Both the position numbers and the translations under genes were made by a program. From assembly GCA_964016885.1 (NCBI GenBank), contig OZ024740.1, positions 294,376,001 through 294,440,000 on the forward strand: a stretch of DNA of 64,000 nucleotides, written 5' to 3'. Shown here piece after piece: positions 26,801 through 39,657 of the stretch. Positions within the stretch are counted from its first letter, which is position 1, and each line of letters starts with the position of its first letter. Source of the DNA: Eledone cirrhosa. Its lineage: Eukaryota. The notes beneath the pieces are model-generated. The model had not been told where the DNA came from. It made no database searches and was given only the letters and a program-made list of their open reading frames with translations.

Positions 26801-29800
26801 GCCCATACCTGGTCTGGTATCTGTGTTCTCTCACGAGGTTGCCCATACCTGGTCTGGTATCTGTGTTCTCTCACGAGGTTGCCCATACCTGGTCTGGTAT
26901 CTGTGTTCTCTCACGAGGTTGCCCATACCTGGTCTGGTATCTGTGTTCTCTCACGAGGTTGCCCATACCTGGTCTGGTATCTGTGTTCTCTCACGAGGTT
27001 GCCCATAATTTGTCTGGTATCTGTGTTCACTCACAAGGTTGCCCATACCTGGTCTGGTATCTGTGTTCTCTCACAAGGTTGCCCATACCTGGTCTGGTAT
27101 CTGTGTTCTCTCACAAGGTTGCCCATGCCTGGTCTAGTATCTGTGTTCTCTCACAAGGTTGCCCATGGCTGGTCTGGTATCTGTGTTCTCTCACGAGGTT
27201 GCCCATACCTGGTCTGGTATCTGTGTTCTCTCACGAGGTTGCCCATACCTGGTCTGGTATCTGTGTTCTCTCACGAGGTTGCCCATACCTGGTCTGGTAT
27301 CTGTGTTCTCTCACGAGGTTGCCGATACCTGGTCTGGTATCTGTGTTCTCTCACGAGGTTGCCCATGCCTGGTCTACTATCTGTGTTCTCTCACGAGGTT
27401 GCCCATACCTGGTCTGGTATCTATGTTCTCTCACGAGGTTGCCCATACCTGGTCTGGTATCTGTGTTCTCTCACGAGGTTGCCCATACCTGGTCTGGTAT
27501 CTGTGTTCTCTCACAAGGTTGCCCATGGCTGGTCTAGTATCTGTGTTCTCTCACGAGGTTGCCCATGGTTGGTCTGGTATCTGTGTTCACTCACAAGGTT
27601 GCCCATGCCTGGTCTGGTATCTGTGTTCACTCACAAGGTTGCCCATACCTGGTCTGGTATCTGTGTTCACTCACGAGGTTGCCCATGCCTGGTCTGGTAT
27701 CTGTGTTCACTCACAAGGTTGCCCATACCTGGTCTAGTATCTGTGTTCACTCACAAGGTTGCCCATACCTGGTCTGGTATCTGTGTTCACTCACGAGGTT
27801 GCCCATGCCTGGTCTGGTATCTGTGTTCACTCACAAGGTTGCCCATACCTGGTCTAGTATCTGTGTTCACTCACAAGGTTGCCCATACCTGGTCTGGTAT
27901 CTGTGTTCACTCACGAGGTTGCCCATACCTGGTCTGGTATCTGTGTTCTCTCACGAGGTTGCCCATACCTGGTCTAGTATCTGTGTTCTCTCACGAGGTT
28001 GCCCATACCTGGTCTAGTATCTGTGTTCACTCACAAGGTTGCCCATGCCTGGTCTAGTATCTGTGTTCTCTCACGAGGTTGCCCATGCCTGGTCTAGTAT
28101 CTGTGTTCACTCACAAGGTTGCCCATGCCTGGTCTGGTATCTGTGTTCTCTCACGAGGTTGCCCATGCCTGGTCTGGTATCTGTGTTCTCTCACAAGGTT
28201 GCCCATGGCTGGTCTGGTATCTGTGTTCTCTCACGAGGTTGCCCATGCCTGGTCTGGTATCTGTGTTCTCTCACAAGGTTGCCCATGGCTGGTCTGGTAT
28301 CTGTGTTCTCTCACAAGGTTGCCCATACCTGGTCTGGTATCTATGTTCTCTCACGAGGTTGCCCATGCCTGGTCTGGTATCTGTGTTCTCTCACGAGGTT
28401 GCCCATGCCTGGTCTGGTATCTGTGTTCTCTCACGAGGTTGCCCATACCTGGTCTGGTATCTGTGTTCTCTCACAAGGTTGCCCATACCTGGTCTGGTAT
28501 CTGTGTTCTCTCACGAGGTTGCCCATACCTGGTCTAGTATCTGTGTTCTCTCACGAGGTTGCCCATACCTGGTCTGGTATCTGTGTTCTCTCACAAGGTT
28601 GCCCATGCCTGGTCTGGTATCTGTGTTCTCTCACGAGGTTGCCCATGCCTGGTCTGGTATCTGTGTTCTCTCACGAGGTTGCCCATACCTGGTCTGGTAT
28701 CTGTGTTCTCTCACAAGGTTGCCCATACCTGGTCTGGTATCTGTGTTCTCTCACGAGGTTGCCCATACCTGGTCTAGTATCTGTGTTCTCTCACGAGGTT
28801 GCCCATACCTGGTCTGGTATCTGTGTTCTCTCACGAGGTTGCCCATACCTGGTCTAGTATCTGTGTTCTCTCACGAGGTTGCCCATACCTGGTCTGGTAT
28901 CTGTGTTCTCTCACGAGGTTGCCCATGCCTGGTCTGGTATCTGTGTTCTCTCACGAGGTTGCCCATGCCTGGTCTGGTATCTGTGTTCACTCACAAGGTT
29001 GCCCATACCTGGTCTGGTATCTGTGTTCTCTCACAAGGTTGCCCATACCTGGTCTGGTATCTGTGTTCTCTCACGAGGTTGCCCATACCTGGTCTAGTAT
29101 CTGTGTTCTCTCACGAGGTTGCCCATACCTGGTCTGGTATCTGTGTTCTCTCACGAGGTTGCCCATGCCTGGTCTAGTATCTGTGTTCTCTCACGAGGTT
29201 GCCCATACCTGGTCTGGTATCTGTGTTCTCTCACGAGGTTGCCCATACCTGGTCTAGTATCTGTGTTCACTCACGAGGTTGCCCATGCCTGGTCTGGTAT
29301 CTGTGTTCTCTCACAAGGTTGCCCATACCTGGTCTAGTATCTGTGTTCTCTCACGAGGTTGCCCATGGTTGGTCTAGTATCTGTGTTCACTCACGAGTTT
29401 GCCCATACCTGGTCTAGTATCTGTGTTCACTCACGAGGTTGCCCATACCTGGTCTGGTATCTGTGTTCTCTCACGAGGTTGCCCATACCTGGTCTGGTAT
29501 CTGTGTTCTCTCACAAGGTTGCCCATACCTGGTCTAGTATCTGTGTTCTCTCACGAGGTTGCCCATACCTGGTCTGGTATCTGTGTTCTCTCACGAGGTT
29601 GCCCATACCTGGTCTGGTATCTGTGTTCTCTCACGAGGTTGCCCATACCTGGTCTGGTATCTGTGTTCTCTCACGAGGTTGCCCATACCTGGTCTGGTAT
29701 CTGTGTTCTCTCACGAGGTTGCCCATACCTGGTCTGGTATCTGTGTTCTCTCACGAGGTTGCCCATAACTGGTCTGGTATCTGTGTTCTCTCACGAGGTT

Positions 29801-32800
29801 GCCCATACCTGGTCTGGTATCTGTGTTCTCTCACGAGGTTGCCCATACCTGGTCTGGTATCTGTGTTCTCTCACGAGGTTGCCCATACCTGGTCTGGTAT
29901 CTGTGTTCTCTCTCGAGGTTGCCCATACCTGGTCTGGTATCTGTGTTCTCTCACGAGGTTGCCCATACCTGGTCTGGTATCTGTGTTCTCTCACGAGGTT
30001 GCCCATGCCTGGTCTAGTATCTGTGTTCTCTCACGAGGTTGCCCATACCTGGTCTGGTATCTGTGTTCTCTCACGAGGTTGCCCATACCTGGTCTAGTAT
30101 CTGTGTTCACTCACGAGGTTGCCCATGCCTGGTCTGGTATCTGTGTTCTCTCACGAGGTTGCCCATGGTTGGTCTGGTATCTGTGTTCACTCACAAGGTT
30201 GCCCATGCCTGGTCTGGTATCTGTGTTCACTCACAAGGTTGCCCATACCTGGTCTGGTATCTGTGTTCACTCACGAGGTTGCCCATGCCTGGTCTGGTAT
30301 CTGTGTTCCCTCACGAGGTTGCCCATGCCTGGTCTGGTATCTGTGTTCTCTCACGAGGTTGCCCATACCTGGTCTAGTATCTGTGTTCTCTCACGAGGTT
30401 GCCCATGCCTGGTCTGGTATCTGTGTTCTCTCACAAGGTTGCTCATGCCTGGTCTAGTATCTGTGTTCTCTCACGAGGTTGCCCATACCTGGTCTAGTAT
30501 CTGTGTTCACTCACAAGGTTGCCCATACCTGGTCTGGTATCTGTGTTCACTCACGAGGTTGCCCATGCCTGGTCTGGTATCTGTGTTCACTCACAAGGTT
30601 GCCCATACCTGGTCTAGTATCTGTGTTCACTCACGAGGTTGCCCATGGCTGGTCTGGTATCTGTGTTCTCTCACGAGGTTGCCCATACCTAGTCTAGTAT
30701 CTGTGTTCACTCACAAGGTTGCCCATACCTGGTCTGGTATCTGTGTTCACTCTCGAGGTTGCCCATACCTGGTCTGGTATCTGTGTTCTCTCACGAGGTT
30801 GCCCATACCTGGTCTAGTATCTGTGTTCTCTCACGAGGTTGCCCATGCCTGGTCTGGTATCTGTGTTCTCTCACAAGGTTGCCCATGCCTGGTCTGGTAT
30901 CTGTGTTCTCTCACAAGGTTGCCCATACCTGGTCTGGTATCTGTGTTCTCTCACGAGGTTGCCCATGCCTGGTCTGGTATCTGTGTTCTCTCACGAGGTT
31001 GCCCATACCTGGTCTAGTATCTGTGTTCTCTCACGAGGTTGCCCATGCCTGGTCTGGTATCTGTGTTCTCTCACAAGGTTGCTCATGCCTGGTCTAGTAT
31101 CTGTGTTCTCTCACGAGGTTGCCCATACCTGGTCTAGTATCTGTGTTCACTCACAAGGTTGCCCATACCTGGTCTGGTATCTGTGTTCACTCACGAGGTT
31201 GCCCATGCCTGGTCTGGTATCTGTGTTCTCTCACGAGGTTGCCCATACCTGGTCTAGTATCTGTGTTCACTCACAAGGTTGCCCATACCTGGTCTGGTAT
31301 CTGTGTTCACTCACGAGGTTGCCCATGCCTGGTCTGGTATCTGTGTTCACTCACAAGGTTGCCCATACCTGGTCTAGTATCTGTGTTCACTCACGAGGTT
31401 GCCCATGGCTGGTCTGGTATCTGTGTTCTCTCCCGAGGTTGCCCATACCTGGTCTAGTATCTGTGTTCTCTCACGAGGTTGCCCATGCCTGGTCTGGTAT
31501 CTGTGTTCTCTCACAAGGTTGCCCATGCCTGGTCTGGTATCTGTGTTCTCTCACAAGGTTGCCCATACCTGGTCTGGTATCTGTGTTCTCTCACGAGGTT
31601 GCCCATGCCTGGTCTGGTATCTGTGTTCTCTCACGAGGTTGCCCATGCCTGGTCTAGTATCTGTGTTCACTCACAAGGTTGCCCATACCTGGTCTGGTAT
31701 CTGTGTTCTCTCACGAGGTTGCCCATGGCTGGTCTAGTATCTGTGTTCTCTCACGTGGTTGCCCATGCCTGGTCTAGTATCTGTGTTCACTCACGAGGTT
31801 GCCCATACCTGGTCTGGTATCTGTGTTCTCTCACGAGGTTGCCCATGGCTGGTCTAGTATCTGTGTTCACTCACAAGGTTGCCCATACCTGGTCTGGTAT
31901 CTGTGTTCTCTCACGAGGTTGCCCATACCTGGTCTAGTATCTGTGTTCTCTCACGAGGTTGCCCATACCTGCTCTAGTATCTGTGTTCTCTCACAAGGTT
32001 GCCCATACCTGGTCTGGTATCTGTGTTCTCTCACGAGGTTGCCCATACCTGGTCTAGTATCTGTGTTCTCTCACAAGGTTGCCCATACCTGGTCTGGTAT
32101 CTGTGTTCTCTCACGAGGTTGCCCATGGCTGGTCTAGTATCTGTGTTCTCTCACGAGGTTGCCCATACCTGGTCTAGTATCTGTGTTCTCTCACAAGGTT
32201 GCCCATACTTGGTCTGGTATCTGTGTTCACTCACGAGGTTGCTCATGGCTGGTCTGGTATCTGTGTTCACTCAAAAGGTTGCCCATACCTGGTCTGGTAT
32301 CTGTGTTCTCTCACGAGGTTGCCCATGCCTGGTCTAGTATCTGTGTTCACTCACAAGGTTGCCCATACCTGGTCTGGTATCTGTGTTCTCTCACGAGGTT
32401 GCCCATGGCTGGTCTAGTATCTGTGTTCTCTCACGAGGTTGCCCATACCTGGTCTAGTATCTGTGTTCTCTCACAAGGTTGCCCATACTTGGTCTGGTAT
32501 CTGTGTTCACTCACGAGGTTGCTCATGGCTGGTCTGGTATCTGTGTTCACTCACAAGGTTGCCCATACCTGGTCTAGTATCTGTGTTCACTCACGAGGTT
32601 GCCCATGGCTGGTCTGGTATCTGTGTTCTCTCACGAGGTTGCCCATACCTGGTCTAGTATCTGTGTTCTCTCACGAGGTTGCCCATGCCTGGTCTGGTAT
32701 CTGTGTTCTCTCACAAGGTTGCCCATGCCTGGTCTGGTATCTGTGTTCTCTCACAAGGTTGCCCATACCTGGTCTGGTATCTGTGTTCTCTCACGAGGTT

Positions 32801-34639
32801 GCCCATGCCTGGTCTGGTATCTGTGTTCTCTCAGGAGGTTGCCCATGCCTGGTCTAGTATCTGTGTTCACTCACAAGGTTGCCCATACCTGGTCTGGTAT
32901 CTGTGTTCTCTCACGAGGTTGCCCATGGCTGGTCTAGTATCTGTGTTCTCTCACGTGGTTGCCCATGCCTGGTCTAGTATCTGTGTTCACTCACGAGGTT
33001 GCCCATACCTGGTCTGGTATCTGTGTTCTCTCACGAGGTTGCCCATGGCTGGTCTAGTATCTGTGTTCACTCACAAGGTTGCCCATACCTGGTCTGGTAT
33101 CTGTGTTCTCTCACGAGGTTGCCCATACCTGGTCTAGTATCTGTGTTCTCTCACGAGGTTGCCCATACCTGGTCTAGTATCTGTGTTCTCTCACAAGGTT
33201 GCCCATACCTGGTCTGGTATCTGTGTTCTCTCACGAGGTTGCCCATACCTGGTCTAGTATCTGTGTTCTCTCACAAGGTTGCCCATACTTGGTCTGGTAT
33301 CTGTGTTCACTCACGAGGTTGCTCATGGCTGGTCTGGTATCTGTGTTCACTCAAAAGGTTGCCCATACCTGGTCTGGTATCTGTGTTCTCTCACGAGGTT
33401 GCCCATGCCTGGTCTAGTATCTGTGTTCACTCACAAGGTTGCCCATACCTGGTCTGGTATCTGTGTTCTCTCACGAGGTTGCCCATGGCTGGTCTAGTAT
33501 CTGTGTTCTCTCACGAGGTTGCCCATACCTGGTCTAGTATCTGTGTTCTCTCACAAGGTTGCCCATACTTGGTCTGGTATCTGTGTTCACTCACGAGGTT
33601 GCTCATGGCTGGTCTGGTATCTGTGTTCACTCACAAGGTTGCCCATACCTGGTCTGGTATCTGTGTTCTCTCACGAGGTTGCCCATACCTGGTCTAGTAT
33701 CTGTGTTCACTCACAAGGTTGCCCATACCTGGTCTGGTATCTGTGTTCTCTCACGAGGTTGCCCATACCTGGTCTGGTATCTGTGTTCTCTCACGAGGTT
33801 GCCCATGGCTGGTCTAGTATCTGTGTTCTCTCACAAGGTTGCCCATACCTGGTCTGGTATCTGTGTTCTCTCACGAAGGTTGCCCATGCCTGGTCTAGTA
33901 TCTGTGTTCTCTCACGAGGTTGCCCATGCCTGGTCTGGTATCTGTGTTCTCTCACAAGGTTGCCCATACCTGGTCTGGTATCTATGCTCTCTCACGAGGT
34001 TGCCCATACCTAGTCTAGTATCTATGTTCTCTCACGAGGTTGCCCATGGCTGGTCTAGTATCTGTGTTCACTCACAAGGTTGCCCATACCTGGTCTGGTA
34101 TCTATGCTCTCTCACGAGGTTGCCCATACCTAGTCTAGTATCTATGTTCTCTCACGAGGTTGCCCATGGCTGGTCTAGTATCTGTGTTCACTCACAAGGT
34201 TGCCCATGCCTGGTCTGGTATCTGTGTTCTCTCATGAGGTTGCCCATACCTGGTCTGGTAGCTGTGTTCTCTCACGAGGTTGCCCATACCTGGTCTGGTA
34301 TCTATGCTCTCTCACGAGGTTGCCCATGCCTGGTCTGGTATCTGTGTTCTCTCACGAGGTTGCCCATGGCTGGTCTGGTATCTGTGTTCACTCACAAGGT
34401 TGCCCATACCTGGTCTAGTATCTGTGTTCACTCACAAGGTTGCCCATACCTGGTCTAGTATCTGTGTTCACTCAGAAGGTTGCCCATGGCTGGTCTAGTA
34501 TCTGTGTTCACTCACGAGGTTGCCCATGCCTGGTCTGGTATCTGTGTTCTCTCACGAGGTTGCCCATGGCTGGTCTGGTATCTGTGTTCACTCACAAGGT
34601 TGCCCATGGCTGGTCTAGTATCTGTGTTCACTCACAAGG
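23836..34639. repeat. 40-bp minisatellite/satellite array, 270 units
   Basis: Consensus RAGGTTGCCCAT[ACC/GCC/GGC]TGGTCT[G/A]GTATCT[G/A]TGTTC[T/A]CTCAC. Phase is kept from 23836 to 34636 (10800 bp) with one 1-bp deletion (~24998) and one 1-bp insertion (~33877). AAGG microhomology at both junctions. Confidence 0.99.
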
Positions 34640-35107
34640 ATCCGGTAAAGATAACAATAGAATCCATTGTTATTTTAATACCATCAGGGTTGGGCTGAGG
34701 AGATGCAATATACTCAATATAATAACCAAATTCAACTTTGCCTTTCATACTTCTGGGGTCGATAAATAAAGTCATGTACTAGGGCTCATATAATTAACTT
34801 TGTGGCCTTATGGCTAAATTAGAAATAAATATCACCAGGATAGTGTTTTAGGATTTTCACTCAAAATCCCCAAATATTTTCTTCCCCATCAGTACCGATA
34901 AGAACTTATCTAAAATGATGTAAGCATATAACTCCATCTTGTGGCACCATGAATTATTCTAACATGGAAATATAAGTGTAAACTAGATTATAATTATCAC
35001 CTTTAATTCCACAACTCCCACCATTAAGGAAGCCACTACATGGTCACTCAAGCTGTTAGAAATAGCAGTTAAATCTCCCTCACATAAAACACCCTACTAA
35101 GGTCTGC

Positions 35108-35517
35108 TTAACCCTTTAGCATTTACATTACTCTATATTTACTATAGGGCGGTGGATTGGCAGTATCGGTAGAGGGTCGGACGCCATGCTTTCCAGCATA
35201 GTTACGTCCCTTTACGATCTGAGTTCAAATCCCGCCGAGGTTGACTTTGCCTTTCATCCTTACGGGGTCGATAAAAATAAAGTACCAGTAATGCACTGGG
35301 TAATTGCTGGCCTTGTGCCTAAAGTAGAAACAATTACTCTATATTTACTATTATATTTTCATGGTAAAGGCTTTATCTCATATAATTATCTCACATAATA
35401 TCGAATCTATAAGATTTTGATATTATTTATGTTGAGAACACCTTAACATCAGTATGAGCAGCTGGTTACACGGCTTGAAAGAGGTGAGAGAATTCTGGCC
35501 GGATACAGCTGGGTTAA
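35108..35517. mobile_element. TTAA MITE family A carrying a nested young SINE
   Basis: TTAA-CCCTTTAGCATTTA ... GGG-TTAA. An empty-site version is present at 36624-36795. Confidence 0.75.
35146..35332 (+). mobile_element. Young full-length tRNA-derived Nin-domain SINE
   Basis: A-box-like TGGCAGTATCGG, B-box GAGTTCAAATCC and Nin-like GCCTTTCATCCTTACGGGGTCGATAAAA..GTACCA. 19-bp TSD ATTACTCTATATTTACTAT at 35127-35145 and 35333-35351. Confidence 0.92.
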
Positions 35518-36102
35518 AGCACAGTTGACCAGAGATGACAATAGCAAGAGAAGCAACATAAATTATTGCTTCATTAATTACAGAAAATACATGTTAACTT
35601 AATAGAGCCTTATTGATTGAACTAATTAGATATAATGGTAACATATTCTTTCATTGCCATCACCATCATTGTTTCACATGATTTTTCCTATTAGCAAGAG
35701 ATGGAAGATTGGATCATCACATACCGGGTCACTACCCAACTGGATGCCCTTCCTACTACCAACCACTATACAGAGTACATTTCTCATGTAGATCACCAGC
35801 AGTGGGGAGATTGTCATGTCTTTGACACAACAGAAGAGTCCTCTTGACTCAGGATTCTCTTCCTATCACCAACCACCATATATAGTGTACTGAGTGTATT
35901 TTTTGTGGCACCAGCACTAGAGAGGTTGTCAGACAATATCATTAAATGTAATAAAATAAAGATTTTACAAAAATGTATGTTCAATGATGATGATGTGTGG
36001 ATGTGTTAGGGGAAGAAAAATATCCCCAACAAGTGATGTTTAGAATGAAGTGTTTGCTTCTAAAGATTCAGTTGATGTATTAATAAGATAGAAATAAATA
36101 AT

Positions 36103-36288
36103 TGTTTCTACTTTAGGCACAAGGCCAGCAATTAACCAGTGCATTACTGGTATTTTATTTTATCGACCCCGTAAGGATGAAAGGCAAAGTCAACCTCGGC
36201 GGGATTTGAACTCAGATCGTAAAGGGACGTAACTATGCTGGAAAGCATGGCGTCCGACTCTCTACCGATACTGCCAATCCACCGCCCT
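36103..36288 (-). mobile_element. Young full-length Nin-domain SINE
   Basis: Near-identical reverse complement of 35146-35332. 16-bp TSD GATAGAAATAAATAAT at 36087-36102 and 36289-36304. Confidence 0.92.
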
Positions 36289-36623
36289 GATAGAAATAAA
36301 TAATGAAAACTGAATAAATGTATAAGCCTTCAAATAAATTACAGTAAAGAGAGAAAAAAAATAATGATAATTTTAACCCTTTTTTTTAATACAAAACTGT
36401 CTGAAACTGGCCTGGATTTATGATACAAAACTGCCCATTTAAAAATATTTATCCTTATATTAAAACCTTCCATCCTAATTTTATTTTAGAAATTCTTGTT
36501 AAGTAATGTACTAAATATCTTACTAATTGAACAATTTTGTTATTTTATTCTTCCTAATTTTTGGTTATTTTCAAAATTAATTGAAACACAAGATAAATCA
36601 AAAGTGAAATAAATTAGGAAGTA

Positions 36624-36795
36624 TTAATCCTTTAGCATTTACATTACTCTATATTTACTATTGTATTTTCACAGTAAATACTTTATCTCACATAATATCG
36701 AATTTATGAGATTTTGATATTATTTATTTTGAGAACAATACCTTAACATAAGTATAAACAGCCAATTAAGGCTGGTTTAAATGCTAAAGGGTTAA
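36624..36795. mobile_element. TTAA MITE family A (uninterrupted)
   Basis: TTAA-TCCTTTAGCATTTA ... TAAATGCTAAAGGG-TTAA inverted ends. Confidence 0.8.
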
Positions 36796-36889
36796 AAAAA
36801 AAAGAAAAATAGTCTGTAGAATTTTTTTTTAATCTCAGCTATAAAATACCAAAATACGCCCACCCCTACCCGAGAAAAGACAATTCATT

Positions 36890-36970
36890 TTGATTTCAAA
36901 CAAACAAACAAGAAAATAAAGCAATACATTAATTCCAGAAACTGAGTTACTGCTTAGCAATTATTTTATT
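36890..36970 (-). terminator. Candidate polyadenylation signal of the kinase gene
   Basis: Minus-strand AATAAA (plus TTTATT at 36965-36970), followed downstream by a GU/U-rich tract (minus TTTATTTTCTTGTTTGTTTGTTTG). Confidence 0.5.
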
Positions 36971-38226
36971 GATGAGTAAATTAAAAACAAATAATCAATA
37001 TTTGGTTCAGATACTTCTGGTTTGCAATATTTACACACAGTTGTCACCAATGTAAATTTGATGAGGAAAATCTACGAGAACATTCAAAGACTATCACACA
37101 TTTCAACTTATATTATCAATCAGCAGAAAACTTACATTAATGAACCATTCCAAACAAATCATTCCAAACATTCACATCATCTGAATTAGTGTTAATCAAG
37201 ATCTCTTTTATAAACATTCAAATTTAATCCATCTTATTGAGAAAGAAATATTTCTTTCCACTGCTTGAAGAATTTGCATCATAGAGAATGACTTCTAGGA
37301 AAATTTGCACAACCAATACATTTTTAGAATAAAAAAAAAAGTAATTACTATTTATATTTAAGATTTTAAAATAAAAGACCAATTTTAATTTTGTAAATAA
37401 AAATAAATATATCAAGAAATATTAATTATTTTTAAATAGCATATTAAAAACTGAGTTGATGAAATCCTTCAGGCATTGGGAAGAGGAGAGACAAAAAGAA
37501 AGAGTTATAGTCTGAGAACTGTTGTCCTTTAAGACAAAGAAATGAAAGACTAACTCAGTCAAACTGCTTTACTTACATCATTATTTACAATGAGATTCAA
37601 TTTACAAATATACAATCTATCTAAAATTGTATTTACACCATCAAAATAGATAATAACAATTACTTTCACAAATATTTCCACATACTTCTAACATTTGGGC
37701 TGACTTTCTAAACACACATTGTCACAGGCAGAACATATATACTTTTTTTGACAAAAAATACACACACACACACACAAACGTTCATTAATATTTTCTCAAG
37801 TACACAATTTTATGGACATAACTCTCCTAACTGTCTTCTGAGAGTAACTCTCCTAACTCTCTTCTGAGAGTATCTTTCCTTATAACTGTCATCTGGAAGG
37901 TATTATAGAGATAGGTGCATTCACTCTTTGATTGATAGTCAATCCTGGAAATAATTTGTTTCTGTCCCAGAGCAGTCACACAACTGAATACTGCTCTATA
38001 CCACAACTAGATGTCAGTGTATGTGTGTGAATTAGGATTTATATTTGCCAGCATATGTTGTTAAGCCCTAGGTCATCACTAGTCAAACAGACCTAGGATC
38101 AAAAAGCACTCCAGCCGTGACCATCCTGTCTTTTTCAATATTTTTCTTCTTGCTAGGTATTAATATTTGAAAGTTGAGTATTGCTTTGTAGAAATTTATA
38201 TATACATATATATATTTATTATTACT

Positions 38227-38265
<39 letters not shown>

Positions 38266-38338
38266 AGTTGTCTGATGACTGTGATAAACAAACGAAACTC
38301 CAGAGTAACAAGACTCACTATTTAGCTTTAATAAAATG

Positions 38339-38374
<36 letters not shown>

Positions 38375-38512
38375 TATAATTTGGTTTAAACCATATATGT
38401 ATATAAATACACATTTAAAATATACATATATAAATATACATATACACAAGAAAGCTCAATGAACATTAAACTCTGAGCAGATTTTTATATATGTATATAT
38501 ATATAATGTGTA

Positions 38513-38560
<48 letters not shown>

Positions 38561-39601
38561 CACACACATACACATTATATACACACACGTGTGTGTATGT
38601 ATATATATTTGTATTTTCAAACATTACCCACAAAGTATTGTTGAATTTGAAGCCAAACTGAGCCAGTTCTGTTAAACATGAATTGAGTGAGTTTGTTTTG
38701 TACTTATCCACTCAACTCCTGCCACTTGAATATAGAACATGTTTAACTAACTGAACATTAGGGCCTATATGAGGGGGGGTCAGCCAGTACATTGATTTTT
38801 TTTTTTTACTAGTGGGGAAAGACAAGGAAGAGAACCATGAATATATGATGCTCTTCCTCATTGAAAAAAAAACCCTCTCTGTCCCCTCGAATTTTTAGAG
38901 GTGTTCCTGCACACCCCCTGGGCCCATATGCAGTCTTGTTCTGCTCTTACAAAATTTCTCCTAGAGCCCTTGCTGAACACAGTCTATATTATAAGACTTT
39001 ATGGATGAAGTTTAATAATATAGAATTTGTTAAGTACATATATTTTCAATCCAGTAATGAATATCCTGTTATTGCATTCATTTCAAACATATTCAACCTC
39101 AAAACTTCCTTCACTAGCTTCTTTGGCTGTCAACGTATGTTAGTAATAATAACAAACAGGCCACATATCTTATCAATTGTAAGATTTCAGTTGTATCACT
39201 ATCTTCTGAAGCTAACAATACCTGGGGGGGTCACTGCTCTTCACAAGAATGCTGTAACTGTTGTGGTTTATACCCTTATTTCTTCTTAAAATACAAATGG
39301 CACTGAGAAGATTCATTCAGGGTTCTCATCTGTAGTGTAGTCTCACTGCATGAAGTAGACTAGGAATCACAAGTACTAGTTGATTAAATCAACCCCAGTA
39401 CTTAACTGGTACTTTATTTTATCAACCTCAGAAGGATGAAAGGCAAAGTTAACCTCAGCAAGATTTAAAATCAGAACATAGGGCCGAAAATAAATGCAGC
39501 AAGGCACTTTGTCCAATATCCTAATAATACTGCCAATCTACTGCCTTGCTTTTTAACTAGTTTATATATATATATATATAAACTAGCTAAATTTACATAT
39601 A

Positions 39602-39657
<56 letters not shown>

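Noticed and set aside
23836-34639. CRISPR or TIGR-like guide array
   Set aside because: There are no unique spacers; units differ only by a few recurrent SNPs. No cas/tas-like genes are present and the context is animal.
23818-34769. Dozens of long plus-strand ORFs (up to 710 aa) in the array
   Set aside because: Artefact of a stop-free 40-bp unit. All three frames give the same 40-aa cycle, and stops appear wherever the CTAG variant falls in frame. There is no frame preference or sign of coding selection.
35150-35240. tRNA gene
   Set aside because: A/B boxes belong to a SINE head with TSDs; no cloverleaf, and many diverged copies.
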